From the human T2T-CHM13v2.0 reference genome, Homo sapiens, in assembly GCF_009914755.1 (NCBI RefSeq), contig NC_060928.1: DNA of 64,000 nt. One strand, 5' to 3'. A model generated the notes under the pieces. The model saw nothing but the letters and a program-made list of their open reading frames with translations. It did not search any database and was not told the DNA's origin. Below are positions 27,200 to 39,600 of the stretch, one piece after another. The translations under genes were made by a program, and so were the position numbers. Numbering within the stretch: position 1 is the first letter of the stretch; every line of letters starts with the position of its first letter.

Positions 27200-27650
27200 T
27201 GCATCAGAACCCGATGATTATCACTTTTAATGCAGTAACAAATTTCTCCACAATCTCATGACTTGTCACAATAAACATTTATTTCTTACTCACATATAAT
27301 CTAATATAGATGTCCAAATTGGGCAATTATTCTAGGTACTTCTCCCTTAAGAGTTGATTGAGAGTTGAATTGCTTGTCTCCTGGTTCTGCCATCCTGTGG
27401 CTTCAAGATGATGCTGTTGCCCTCCACCAGTGGGCAAGAGCAGGACACCACACTTTATACCTACTCCCAGCCCATAAGGAAACTGCAGTGCCTTCATATT
27501 CATTCTATCACTCAGATGCAGTGACATGAGTCCACCTAGAAGGAAGTTTGGGGGAGGGTTAGAGGGAAAGGTAGTCCCTGTACAAGCACCTCATCCTCAT
27601 CAGCTTTATATTTTAGGGAGAAAGCACAAATCTTTGCCTACCACCAAGTC
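27200..27650 (-). mobile_element. MLT1-type MaLR LTR fragment
   Basis: gcagtaacaaat…acaatctcatgactt…caataaacatttatttcttactcacat…cagtgacatgagtccaccta. Confidence 0.55.
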
Positions 27651-28095
27651 ATATCTGCTGCATCCATGTTAAGTCTGAGATTTCTATTAAATATTCGAGT
27701 GAAGATGTAAAAAACCAATGGGCTATGTCATCTGGGATTCAGGGGAGACGTCTGTGATGAAGAAATAACTTGGAGAGTCTTCCGTGAATATATGGCATTT
27801 AAAGCCATGAGATGGCGTCAGGTTTCCTAGGGGTCGTGTATAGGTTAAAAAGAGAACGTATCCAAATCCTAAGCCCTGGGTCATTTCAGTATTTACAGGC
27901 TGAGTGGATGAAGTCAAACAGCAAAGAATGCTGAAAGAAGTTGTCAGTGAGCAGGGAGGAGAACAAAGAGAGCATGGTTCTGTGAAGCTCAGTGAATCAC
28001 ATATTTTGAGGCTGAGGAAGTAATCAACTGTATCAGACATTACTGCTAAGCAGAGTAAGGTAAATTCAGAGAACTAATGATTAAATCTGCAACAT

Positions 28096-28138
28096 GTCTA
28101 TGGCCATACATAGCACCCCAAACATGCCCGATCTTGTC
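28096..28138 (+). pseudogene. 3'-truncated (tailless) 5S rRNA retropseudogene, nt 1-39
   Basis: gtctatggccatac[atag]caccccaaacatgcccgatcttgtc vs 5S GTCTACGGCCATACCACCCTGAACGCGCCCGATCTCGTC: 6 substitutions (4 are CpG decay) plus a 4-nt insertion; flanked by direct repeat atctgcaacatg. Confidence 0.85.
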
Positions 28139-28538
28139 ACACATCTGCAACATGACCTTAATAGGGATAGTTTTGCAGAGCAGTAAGTAAGATATTTGTT
28201 TAGAGTAAATTTAAGAGAGAATGGGCAGATATGAAATGGAAGCAGAAAATGTAGCCATTCCTTTGAGGAGTTGTATATAAAGTCATAGCAATCTTCTATA
28301 AGGCAAGCACTACAGTCAATGTATGCGGTGCTTAGAAAAAATACACATTGAAATACCTAACTTTTCTTTAATGAGCTAACTCATTAAGATATGGGTGGTG
28401 CATTATTTTACCAACATCATGATACTGGACTTTCAGAGGGAAAAAATAGATAAACATATGGAGGAATCAACATTATTATTTATTTTTACTACCCCACATC
28501 CTATTTCTGACTTTAGTATCATTCATTACCTTTTTGAG

Positions 28539-28549
28539 TTTGTGTGTAT

Positions 28550-28586
<37 letters not shown>
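28539..28586. repeat. (TG)n microsatellite
   Basis: Read directly. Confidence 0.95.
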
Positions 28587-28587
<1 letters not shown>

Positions 28588-29002
28588 AAGCAAGTTTTTT
28601 GAACATGGCTTCTCTGATGTCTTTACTTTTTAAATCACCTAGACTTCTGTAAAGAGCGGTCTCATTGCTACACAGTACAACTTTGAAATATTTTGACAGG
28701 AATTTTTACTACAATACAAAGAGAACAATAGAAAAATACAAAAATATATAGAAACAGCTCTATTTCTGGAGTTAAGATTTTACAGCTAAAATGGCAGTCC
28801 AATACTGATCTGTCAGGCATAGAGTTTAGTGGGAAAGTATTACTCCTCTCTTCTCAATCTGATGTAGTCTGAGCTCAGGGGAAAGTCAATTGACTGTTCA
28901 CTCAAAATGCCCAGAATTGCTGTAATGGGAACTGGATGACCCACAGATTAAGAAAGAGACTCAAGAGAAACATTGGTAGACTGAGGAAAAATGCTGGTTT
29001 GT

Positions 29003-29319
<317 letters not shown>

Positions 29320-31732
29320 TGATCTGTTTATTTAGAAGTGGTAGTCTAACCACTGGCAAAAACAAAACAATACGAAAAAGAAAAAAAAACTTCCAAGAGT
29401 ATGCATGCATGTTTGTGTGTGTAAGCAGTCTATACGAGTATGTTTGTATTTTCTTGGAAGGGCAGAGAGTGATGATGACACAACTTAATGATTCTCTCTT
29501 TGAATTTCTAACCTATCAACCATGAAAATGCCTTAAATAGAGAGCAACAGCATTCTTCATCTTAAAAGTAAGGCTTGGCTATCTACACTAGAATAATATC
29601 CAACTTCAGAGCTCTGAAGACGTTATAAAAAAAAATAAAGAATTTCAAGACAGTGATGATTCTAACAAAATCAGAGAAAAGAAAAAAGACAAAAGGAAGA
29701 TACAGCCAGGGAAGTACCATTAATATGAAATAGATTTGCTCAGTTTCTCAGAAGCTTCTAGACAGTTGAAGCTTTTTTTTTTCTTACTAGAAATCTTTGT
29801 CTCCCTTTATCACAATATAGTTTTCTTTCCTACCTAAGAAAGTTTCTGTAGTTTATTTTAAGATCAGGAATATACATGGCTGCCACTGGAGGATTATTTA
29901 TAAAGGGTTTGGTCTAAATGAAAATAATCAGATTTTGAAAGGATAAAGAAAGACACAAATTGACAGTGAAGGGAACAGTTTTAGTCTTCCTTCATTTCAT
30001 TGCAAGTCATGTAGACAATTGAAATAGAGTAGGGAAAAAGATATTTAGGAACAAATAACCCCCTACACTTGAAAACCGAAGCTTCTGAAAGAGGAAACTG
30101 CTTTTAGATTGAAAGTGCACCCGGCACTGTTTTTTTGATGGGCTGTGACAGTGTGAGCTCTGGGTAAAAATTATGGCAGAAAAATCTTGGCTCATTAGCA
30201 CTCAGTCTAGATGAAGTGTCAATATGATGATTACTAGAGAATTTTCTGAAACAGGGCTTATTTGAACTAGATGAAGAAGGAATTACAACAAATTGAAAGT
30301 GGCATAGATTTTTATGTTGTAAATTCTTGTGCTTTTCAATTGTTAGAATGGAAGGATGATATTCTTGTGACACTTCTTTATTGCTCTTTATTCTTTCTTT
30401 TATTTGCTAACTTTTCAGGAAAGCTTCTCTGCATTCTGAGTGACTGCAATACAGATTTATGCTTACTTGCTTCATTTCTTCTTTCAGTACTGTTACAAGT
30501 GCTTACAGATAGAATTATTTACCTTAGGAGGTGGATATTGTGGTTAGATTTCCAAAAATGTGTGACCCTGTGTGTGTGTTGACTGCACCATCTGTCCTTT
30601 TGGCCAAAAAATGTTAAAAACTGGGTGATTTAAAAATTTCTCTCCTTGCACATGATTTTTATTTTGTTCCCTATTTGGATGACTCTCAACATCAAGAACA
30701 GTGGGAACTGGGTTTCAAAATGGCCTGGTAATTCAAAGCTGTAGAGTTGAATCAGGTTTTTTTGATTTTAAAATGAACTTATTGAGATTTCATAATTGAA
30801 AGCACATTCAGAAGGCAGCCCTGTGAATGGAAGGTAACTGGTAACAGCAAATGTTCTGCTCAAAATCCTCATTCACATGGCAGCATTCTGAAGAAAATGG
30901 AATTTGTAACTGCAGATTTTCTGAAATACAATCACATCCAAACAGCAGGATTTCTAAACAGAAGGTGCCTTATAACTATGTTCTAAAATTAAACCTCATT
31001 TAAACTACATTCATTCTAAATGGAAAATGTACTGTAGTTGTTTTCAACATTAAAGTCAAATTCAAATCATTGTTATCCTAAGAGCTAAGTAGCTTAAATA
31101 ACTTCTGCCGTGTAATGAAGATTAGCGTGTATTTCATATTAGGTTTGCAGAGTAATTTGGGGGAAAATGTTTTCTTTTTGCACTTGTTTCCCATAGAATA
31201 GGAAAAAAAAATCATTATTTGAGGAAGATTGCTTATCCGTAAGATGTGATACTTGTATCAAGTTTCAATCTAGAAGAAGACTAAACAATATATGACATGT
31301 TATTGATCAAACTGCTTCTCAGAGAAAGGAACCATTTTGGGAACTGGCTATATTTAGGTTACATAGGGAGCTTATAATGTAAAAATCAATATTGAATATA
31401 CACTTTTCTCTGTGGAAGGAATTAAAATCGTTTAGTGGAGACAAGGCTCTCTATGGTATGCTCCACAAAAATTATGGCTTATTAGTGAACTATTCAACAG
31501 AATTAGGAGTAAGAAGGAGTTAAAGCTACTTTATAATAATAGCTCTTCTTCTCAGGTATATGAAGCCAATTTTACAAAATTTACAGGCCCAACCCTTGTT
31601 GTGAACTCTAATATGTCCTTTTATGAGAAATCAAATACTAATAGGGCAAAAATGAAATCTTTTACTCACTTGTCTGCACTTGCAAACAATCAATCTGACC
31701 AATAACATATTTGAACAATAATATTAATATCT

Positions 31733-31865
31733 TATGTATATGCATATATACATGTGTATGTGTGTATACATGTTTATATGTATGCATAAATCTATCTTTA
31801 TATGTATACACACAGAACACACACACACACATATGGGGAGAGACAGACAGAGGGAGAGAGAGAGC
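31733..31865. repeat. (TA/TG), (CA)n and (GA)n low-complexity tract
   Basis: Read directly. Confidence 0.75.
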
Positions 31866-32500
31866 ACAATTAGCTTTTCAACACTTTCACATTAGTGCAA
31901 ATATCCAAGCAGGATGTCCTAATTATCAATTGCAAATTTCTCCCTTTCAGTATCTTTAATCTAGTTGTCTGGATAAAGAGGATAAAAAAAGATTTCTCAA
32001 TGCCATGTTTCATATATTTTGTACTTTTTTATAAAGCGAATGCCGCTCAACATGCTCGTTATCTATCAGCACGATGTGTATTGAGGATTCGAACTGATGC
32101 CCAGTAACGCTTCTGCATTGTTCCTACCTAGAAATGCTGGCCTTTGACTTGTCACTGCAGCTCTGATGAGCAGTACCTGGTGTGCCTTCAGATGTGGCAT
32201 TTTATTTCTATTCTGTCTAAAATCTAAATGGAAAAGAAAAACAAACAAACCAACAATTTTGTCTCCACGGAGTTCTCTTTATCAAGCTAGTGTGGACATT
32301 GGAATTAATAATCATAGAACTATAATTGAGCTTAAGTGTAAACTTCTGTAAAGGATGATTCTGACTCCTTATTTACAATCTTACCACTTAAATACACCTG
32401 AGAGGAATGGCTTAGGCATCTTACAGTACATTATTCAAGTGGAGTCTTTTTCACTGAAATTGAACAACATGTTGAAATGAGCATAGTTTTGATGCTGTTA

Positions 32501-32817
32501 CATTAGTCCACCCTATCGCAATTTGGCTTTCTGTGATGTCAGTTACCCACAATACAATACAATAAGATATTTTGAGAGGAAGAGAAAAGGGCCACATTCC
32601 AGTTACTTTTATCACAATATATTGTTATAATGGTTCTATTTTATTATTACTTATTTTTGTTAATCTCTTACTGTGCCTAATTTATAAATTAAACTTTATC
32701 ACAAGTATATATGCATAGAAAAAAACATAGTATATGTAGGGTTTGGTACAATCCATGGTTTCAGCCATCTACTAGGGGTTCTGGAACATATCCTTCATGG
32801 ATATGTGGGGGCTACTC
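32501..32817 (+). mobile_element. MER44A (Tigger7-derived) MITE
   Basis: tacaataagatattttgagag…aatctcttactgtgcctaatttataaattaaactttatc…ggtttcagccatctactagggg; degenerate TIRs with TA flanks. Confidence 0.88.
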
Positions 32818-33329
32818 TAATGGTATTAAGATGTGTATTTTGCTTTTTCTAAAAAAAAATTAAGCACATATTACATTAAAATGCTATATTCTACTGAGGG
32901 GAGCTAAGGGGAAGGTGTTTGAAGCCCCCAAGTAATATATTTTAAAAGATGTGGTTAACATAGTGTATGAGTTTTTAGGAAATAAAGTAAAAATAAATAA
33001 CAAATTATTTTCAATATCCAAAAGGAGAATATAAAATATTCACATTTACTGGGAAAAAATATTTTATAAAACCACATTAAAGGTGGCATATATCATGTGA
33101 ATAGTAATATAAATGACATTATGTTGTAGACTGGATTTTGAGGAAGAGATGGAAACTGTATTTCATTGGACTGCATATTTAGCCACTATGCCCTTGGGCC
33201 ATGTGGTTATAAGAAATCTCTCTAAAGTCAATTCTCCATTATATCTGCCCTATTTCAGTAAATTATTCTGCCATTTTCACTGTCCTCCAGCCTGATATTG
33301 TGCATTAGTTATTCCTTATCAAATTTATA

Positions 33330-36080
33330 ATTTATATACAAGAAGATTCAAAGATTTTAAGTGTACAGTTCAATGAGTTTTATCTCATGTATATTCCAAC
33401 ATAACTATCACCGAAGAAAAGATATATTTCTAGCTCTCATTCAAGTTCGAAGTTAATTTTACTGCCACAGGAGAGAACCACTGATCCAGTTTCTGTTGCT
33501 ATACCTTAGTTTTGCCTGTTTTGGAACTGTGTATAAATGGAATCTTACAGCATATGCTTTTTTTGTTTCTAGTTTCTTCCCACACTTCAATCACTCTACA
33601 CCGTTTTGAGATTCATCCATGTTGTTGTATATATAAGTAGCTTGTACATTTTATTGCTGAGTCATGTTACATTATGCCAAGAAACTACAACTGATTTCAT
33701 CACTTTTTTTTTATTTAATGAATATTTTTGCCTGATGCAGTTATTGGCTTTTCTGGATATATTTGTTGTGTGTAACCTTATTCAGGTATTTTTTCTTTCC
33801 CTGTGGACATGTTTTACTTCTCTTAAGCAAATACCTATGAGTGAAATTGCAGAATCACAATGTTATTTAATTTTTTAAAAGCCAAATTGTTTTTTATACA
33901 ATTTTTATTTGTATTTTGTTGTATTGAAATCTTTTATCTTTTAAAATATTTTTTCTTCACTTTTTAAAAATAATTTCTTCTTCTTTTTGTAGGTTGAAAC
34001 ATATGTCATTGATTTTAATTTTAATAATTTCTTTTTTCTAACAGATGCACTTCAAGATATAAATTTACCATTAATCACCACTTTAGCTGACTCTCACACA
34101 CCTTGATATGTTGTATTTTCACATTTAGATTGATTGTTTTCAAAATGTCCCATGTAATTTCTTTTTTGATACACAGATGATTTATAAATGTGTTGCTTCA
34201 TTTCCAACTACAGTAAATTTTTCAGATAACTTATTATTTAATTAAAATTCATTGTGTTCAGAGAAACTGCTGCATATTATTTCAATCTTTCAAATATATT
34301 TGGACTTGTTTTCTGGTCCAAAATATGGCAAATGTTCCATTTGTTCTTGAGAAGAAGGCGTATTCTGTGTTTGTTTTGTATAGTATAAGAAGTGTCAATT
34401 ATACCAGGTTAGTTGGTAGCACTGTTAAAGTCATCTACATCTTTACTTTCTTTTATCTTCTTATTCTCACTTACAGAAATGAGAATGTTAAAATTCTCCA
34501 ACCAAGGCTACAGACTTACCTTTTATTTCCATTTCTGCCAATTTTTATTTTTGCATATTTAAGCTCTGTCACTTATCACATAATTGGAATTGTTGAGTCT
34601 TCCTGATGAATTAACCATTATCATTATAAAAAAGACACACCTTCTTCTGACAAAACTTTTTGTCTTGAATTCTATTTTGTAAAATGTTCACAGTGCTACC
34701 CCATAATTGTTATGCTTAATGCTTCTTTTATCCATCGTCTCACTTTCAATCTATTTGAGATATATTTAATAGATATTTCTTATAAACACCACGTAGTTAA
34801 GTCTTGCTTTATATATAGTCTGCCAATTTTTATTTTCCATTTTAACTTGAGCATTTTTCCTGTTCACACTTAATGTAATTATTAATATAGTTTACTCTCA
34901 TTTGTTTTATATATCAGAATACAATTATATTTAGATCCATTTTACATTTTTGTGCTATAATTGTCATATATTTCACTTCAAATCGAACAAATACCCAACA
35001 TATTGTTACTATTTTTTCTTCAAATATCAAATAGGTTCCATCTTCTTTACTCAAGGTGAGCTCTGCCTGAATCTTCCCTGTGCTATTTCCTGGAAACTTT
35101 CTCCAGTCGGTGAGATGGGGCAATCATGCTCATTTCAATTGTTTCATGTCTTTTGGGAATCATAGTCCTCCCCTTCCTGATATCCAATGTCTTGATACTC
35201 ATTATGTCATATATTTCATTTATGAAACATATATTATATGCAGTATTTTAAATGTTTCGGTTAGGAGAAAAAATCTAATTCCTGATACTTCATCATCCTC
35301 AGACAGGAAGACTCCTCCCTTTCTCTTGAAAGCTATTTTTGCTGGATATAAAATTCCGGTTTGTCAGGTTTTTGTTTTATTATATTTTTCCTTTTACTAC
35401 TTTAAAGATGTTCCATTTTCTTCTGAATCTCTTGCTTCTGACTTGAAATATGCAGTCTTGCTTATTGTTCAATTTAATGTACTGTTTTCATTTTTTATTT
35501 CTGCATTTCAAAATTTTTCTTTACCTTTGGTTTCAGCAGTTTGACTATGAATTGCTGAGGTATGATATTCTTTATATTTATTGTGCTAATAGTTTGTTAA
35601 GCTTGCCGAATTAATGGTTTGCTCTTATCTCATCAAATTTGAAACACATATTTATAATTTTATCAATCATTTTTCCTTCCTTATTCTATCTAAGTTATCC
35701 ATTACTTACATGTTTGACTGTTGTGTTCTGTTTAACAAGTCACAAAGGCTCTGTTTATTTTATTTCAGACTTTTTTTCTGTTCTTCAGTTTAAATATTGT
35801 TATTAACTGACATTATATAATGTTTATTCTATTGTTACCTGTTGCTGTTCATTTTTAAATTCCAGATATTATATTTTTCAATTTTAGAATTTCAATTTGG
35901 TTCTCTTTATACAGTTTCCAGTTTTTTTTTGGAATTCACCTCCTATTATGTCTATTTTTTCTGCTCATTTTAAGATACTTTTAATAGATATAGATATATC
36001 AAAATTCTTTATTGATGATTGTATCTTTGGGGTTTTTCTATTATAGTGTCTAATTTTACATTTATGTGGAGTCACATTCT
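33330..36080 (-). mobile_element. Composite of old L1M (L1MC/MD/ME-type) fragments
   Basis: L1M 3' end (ttaagtgtacagttcaatgagttt, ttgagattcatccatgttgttg), ORF2-region remnants, an L1M 5'-terminus-like segment at ~35030-35312, then a further ORF1-region remnant (tttggtttcagcagtttgactatga). Confidence 0.75.
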
Positions 36081-36367
36081 TCTGATTTTCTTTCCTTCGT
36101 TAAGCAACTTAAGAGCCAAGATAAAGGTATGGTCAATTGATCTAACCAGATAACTAGATGTTGAGATATATTGGCGTGGTCTTATGATTTTACTTCCTCT
36201 ATGGATTTAGGCAAAAAGAGTCTAAGAAGATAGATCTCTCTTTGCTTTTAATCAAGTCTCAACTTTCTGTTACTGCCAAGGGGCATATAATTGTATGGCA
36301 GAAGTTTAATTGGGTAGCACTTTAGTTGCACCTTTGGTTAGACTCAGTTTACCTCTGTTTTAAAATA

Positions 36368-36655
36368 CAATCAAGTGTCATTTAATGACAAAGATACACT
36401 CTGAGAAATGTGTCGTTAGTTGATTTCATTATTGTGTGAACATCATAGGGTGTACTTACACAAACCTCCATAGTACAAAGTACACACATACCTAGGCTAC
36501 CTGGGTATATAACCTATTGCTCCTAGGCTACAAACATGTATAGCATGTTACTCTTCTGAACGCTGTAGGCAATTGTAACACAGTGGTAAGTATTTTTGTA
36601 TATAAACATATAAAAACATAGAGTACAGTAAAAATATAGTATAAAATAAAAATAA
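36368..36655 (+). mobile_element. Tigger3 (Golem) DNA transposon, left part only
   Basis: ctctgagaaatgtgtcgttag…gtgtacttacacaaacct…ctattgctcctaggctacaaac…gtaggcaattgtaacaca; right TIR absent. Confidence 0.88.
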
Positions 36656-39600
36656 TTAGGTCTCATTTATTTATTTTTGTTTTGTTGCATTTGGGGATCT
36701 TAGTCATACATTCTTTGCCTAGGCTGATGTCTAGAGGAATTTTTCCAATGTTATCTTCTAGAACTTTTATGGTTTCAGGCCTTATAGTTAAGTCTTTATT
36801 CCATCTTGAATTGATTTTTGTATATGGTGAGAAATAGGCATCCAGTTTCATTCTTCTACATGTGGCTTGCCAGTTTTCCCAGCAACATTTATTAAATAGG
36901 GTGTCCATTCTCCAATTTATGTTTTTGTGTGCATTGTTGAATATCAGTTGGCTGTACGTATGTGGCTTCATTTGTGAGTTATTTATCTGTTTCATTAGTC
37001 TACATGCCTACTTTTATACCAGTATCATGCTGTTTTGATAACTATGACCTTGTATAATTTGTCTGGCCTTGTGTAATAAGTCTGGTAATATGATGCATCC
37101 AGATTTGTTCTTTTTGCTTAGGACGGCTTTGGTTGTCTGGGCTTTTTTTATTCCATATGAATTTCAGGATTGTTTTTTTCTAATTCTGTGAAAAATGATG
37201 GTTGTATTTCGATGGGAATTGCATTGAGTCTGTAGGTTGCTTTGGGTAGTATGGGCATTTTCACAATTTTGATTCTTCCAATCCATGAGCATGGGATACA
37301 TTTTCATTTGTTTGTGTCATCTGTGATTTCTTTCAGCAGTGTTTCATAGTTCTCCTTGTAGAGGTTTTTACCACCTTAGTTAGGTATATTCCTAGGTATT
37401 TTTTTATTTTATTTTGTTTTATTTTTTGCAGCTTTTGTAAAAGGGATTGAGTTTTTTTGTCTGATTCTTAGCTTGGTAGTTGTTGGCATATAGCAGTTAT
37501 ACTGATTTGTATACATTGATTTTGTAACCTGAATTTGTTTATAAAATCTACATTTTTTGGAGGAGTCTTTAGGATTTTCTAGGCATACAATCATATCATT
37601 TGCAAAGAGCAATTGTTTGAATTTCTCTTTTCCAACTTGGATGCCCTTTATTTTTTTCTATTGCCTAATTGCTATGGCTAAGACTTCCAGAACTTTGTTG
37701 AATAGGAGTTGATAGTGGACATCATTGTTTGTTCCTGTTCTCAGAGGCAATGCCTTCAACTTTTCCCCTATAATTATGGTGTTGGGTGTCAGTTTGTCTT
37801 ATGTGACTTTTCTTATTTTGTGGTAGGTCCCTTCTGTGCCTCGTTTGTTGAGAGATTTTATCATAAAAAGGTGCTGGATTTTGTCAAATGCTTTTTCTGC
37901 ATCTATTGAGATGATCACATAGTTTTGTTTGTCATTCTATTTATGTGATGTATCATATTTATTGACTTGCATATGTTTAACCATCCGTGCATCCTTGGTA
38001 TGAAACCCACTTGATCATATATTATCTTTTTGAAGTGCTGTTGGATTTGGTTAGCTAATGTTTTGTTGAGGATATTTGCATCTATGTTTATCAGGAAAAT
38101 TGGTCTCTAGTTTTCTTTTTTTGTTGTGTCCTTTCCTGGTTTTGGTGTCAGGGTGAAATTAGCTTCACAGAATGATTTAGGGAGGATTCATTCTTTCTCA
38201 ATCTTTTGGGATAGTTTCAGTAGGATTGTAAGCAATTCTTCTTTGATGTCTGGTAGAATTCAGCTGTGAATCCATCTAGTCCTGGGCTTCTTATTGGTGG
38301 CAATTTTTAAATTGCTGATTCAATCTCACTGCTTGTTTTTGGTCTGTTCAAGGTTTCTATTTCTTTCTGATTTAATTTAGGAGGGCTGTATGTTTCCAGT
38401 AATTTGTCCATTTCCTTTAGGTTTTCTAGTCTGAGTACATAAAGATATTCGTAGGAGTCTCTAACGATCTTGTGTATTTCTGTGGTGTCAGTTTTAATGT
38501 CTCCAGTTTCATTTCTAATTGAGTTTGTTTGGTACTTCTCTCTTCTTTTCTTAATTTATCTAGCTAATGGTGTATCAATTTTATTTTTCTCAGAGAACCA
38601 GCTTTTTATTTCATTGAGATTTTGTGTTTTCTTTTGTTTGAATTTCATTTAGTTCTGCTCTTATCTTTGTTATTTAATTTCTTTTTCTAGCTTTAGTTTT
38701 AGTTCTTGTTTCTCCAGTTCCTTGAGGTATGACATTAGGTTATCAATGTGTGCTCTTTCAGACTTTCTGATGTAGGCATTTAGTACTATGAACTTTCCTA
38801 TTAGCATTGCTTTTGTTGTAGCCCAGAGGTTTTGATAACTTGTCTCATTATTATCAGTCAGTTCAAATAATTTTGACATTTCCATCTTGATTTCATTGTT
38901 AACCCAGATATCATTCAAGAGCAGGTTATGTCATTCCATGTGTATGTTTTGAGGATTCCTTTTGGAGTTGATTTCTAGTTTTATTCTGATGTGGTCTGAG
39001 AAGATAATATGATTTTGATTTTTAAAAATACATCAAAACTTGTTTTGTGTCCTATCATATGGTCTATCTTGGAGAATGTTCCATCATGATGAGTAAAATG
39101 TATATTCTTCAGATCTTGAGTAGAATGTCCTGCAAATATCCATTCAATCCATTTTCTCTAGCATATCATTTAAGTCAGTTGCTTCTTTGTTGACTTTTTT
39201 GTCTTGAAAATCTTTCTAGTGCTGTGAGTGGTGTATTGAAGTCTCCCATGATTGTTTTGCTGTCATTCCATTGGTCTAGTAGCAATTGTTTTATGAATCT
39301 AGGAGCTCCACTGTTAGGTGAATATAAATTTAGATTTGTAATATCTTCTTGTTGAATTGGTCCTTTTATTATTACATTGTGATCATCTTTGTCTTTTTTT
39401 AATGTTGTTGTTTGAAGCCTATTGTCTGATATAAGATTAGCTACCCCTGCTAGCTTTTGGTTTCCATTTGCATGGAATACCTTTTTCTACCCTTTTACCT
39501 CGAGTTTGTATGAATCCTTCTGTGTTGAGTCTCTTGAAGACAGCAGATATTTGGATTGTGATTTTTTAAATCCATTTTGCCATTCTGTATCTTTTAAGTG

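Larger units (their letters stand above)
25450..28270 (-). mobile_element. Fragmented L2a LINE interrupted by MIR, MER58A, LTR16, MLT1 and a 5S retrocopy
   Basis: L2 tail at 25450 (aaatatttattgagagcctgcc) and collinear antisense L2 pieces at ~26170-26455, ~26880-27130 and ~27650-28270 (ttaaagccatgaga, gaggaagtaatcaactgtatca). Confidence 0.65.

Noticed and set aside
35080-35544. 154-aa ORF
   Set aside because: Antisense to decayed L1M, F/L/I/S-rich from T-rich composition, with no recognisable domain.
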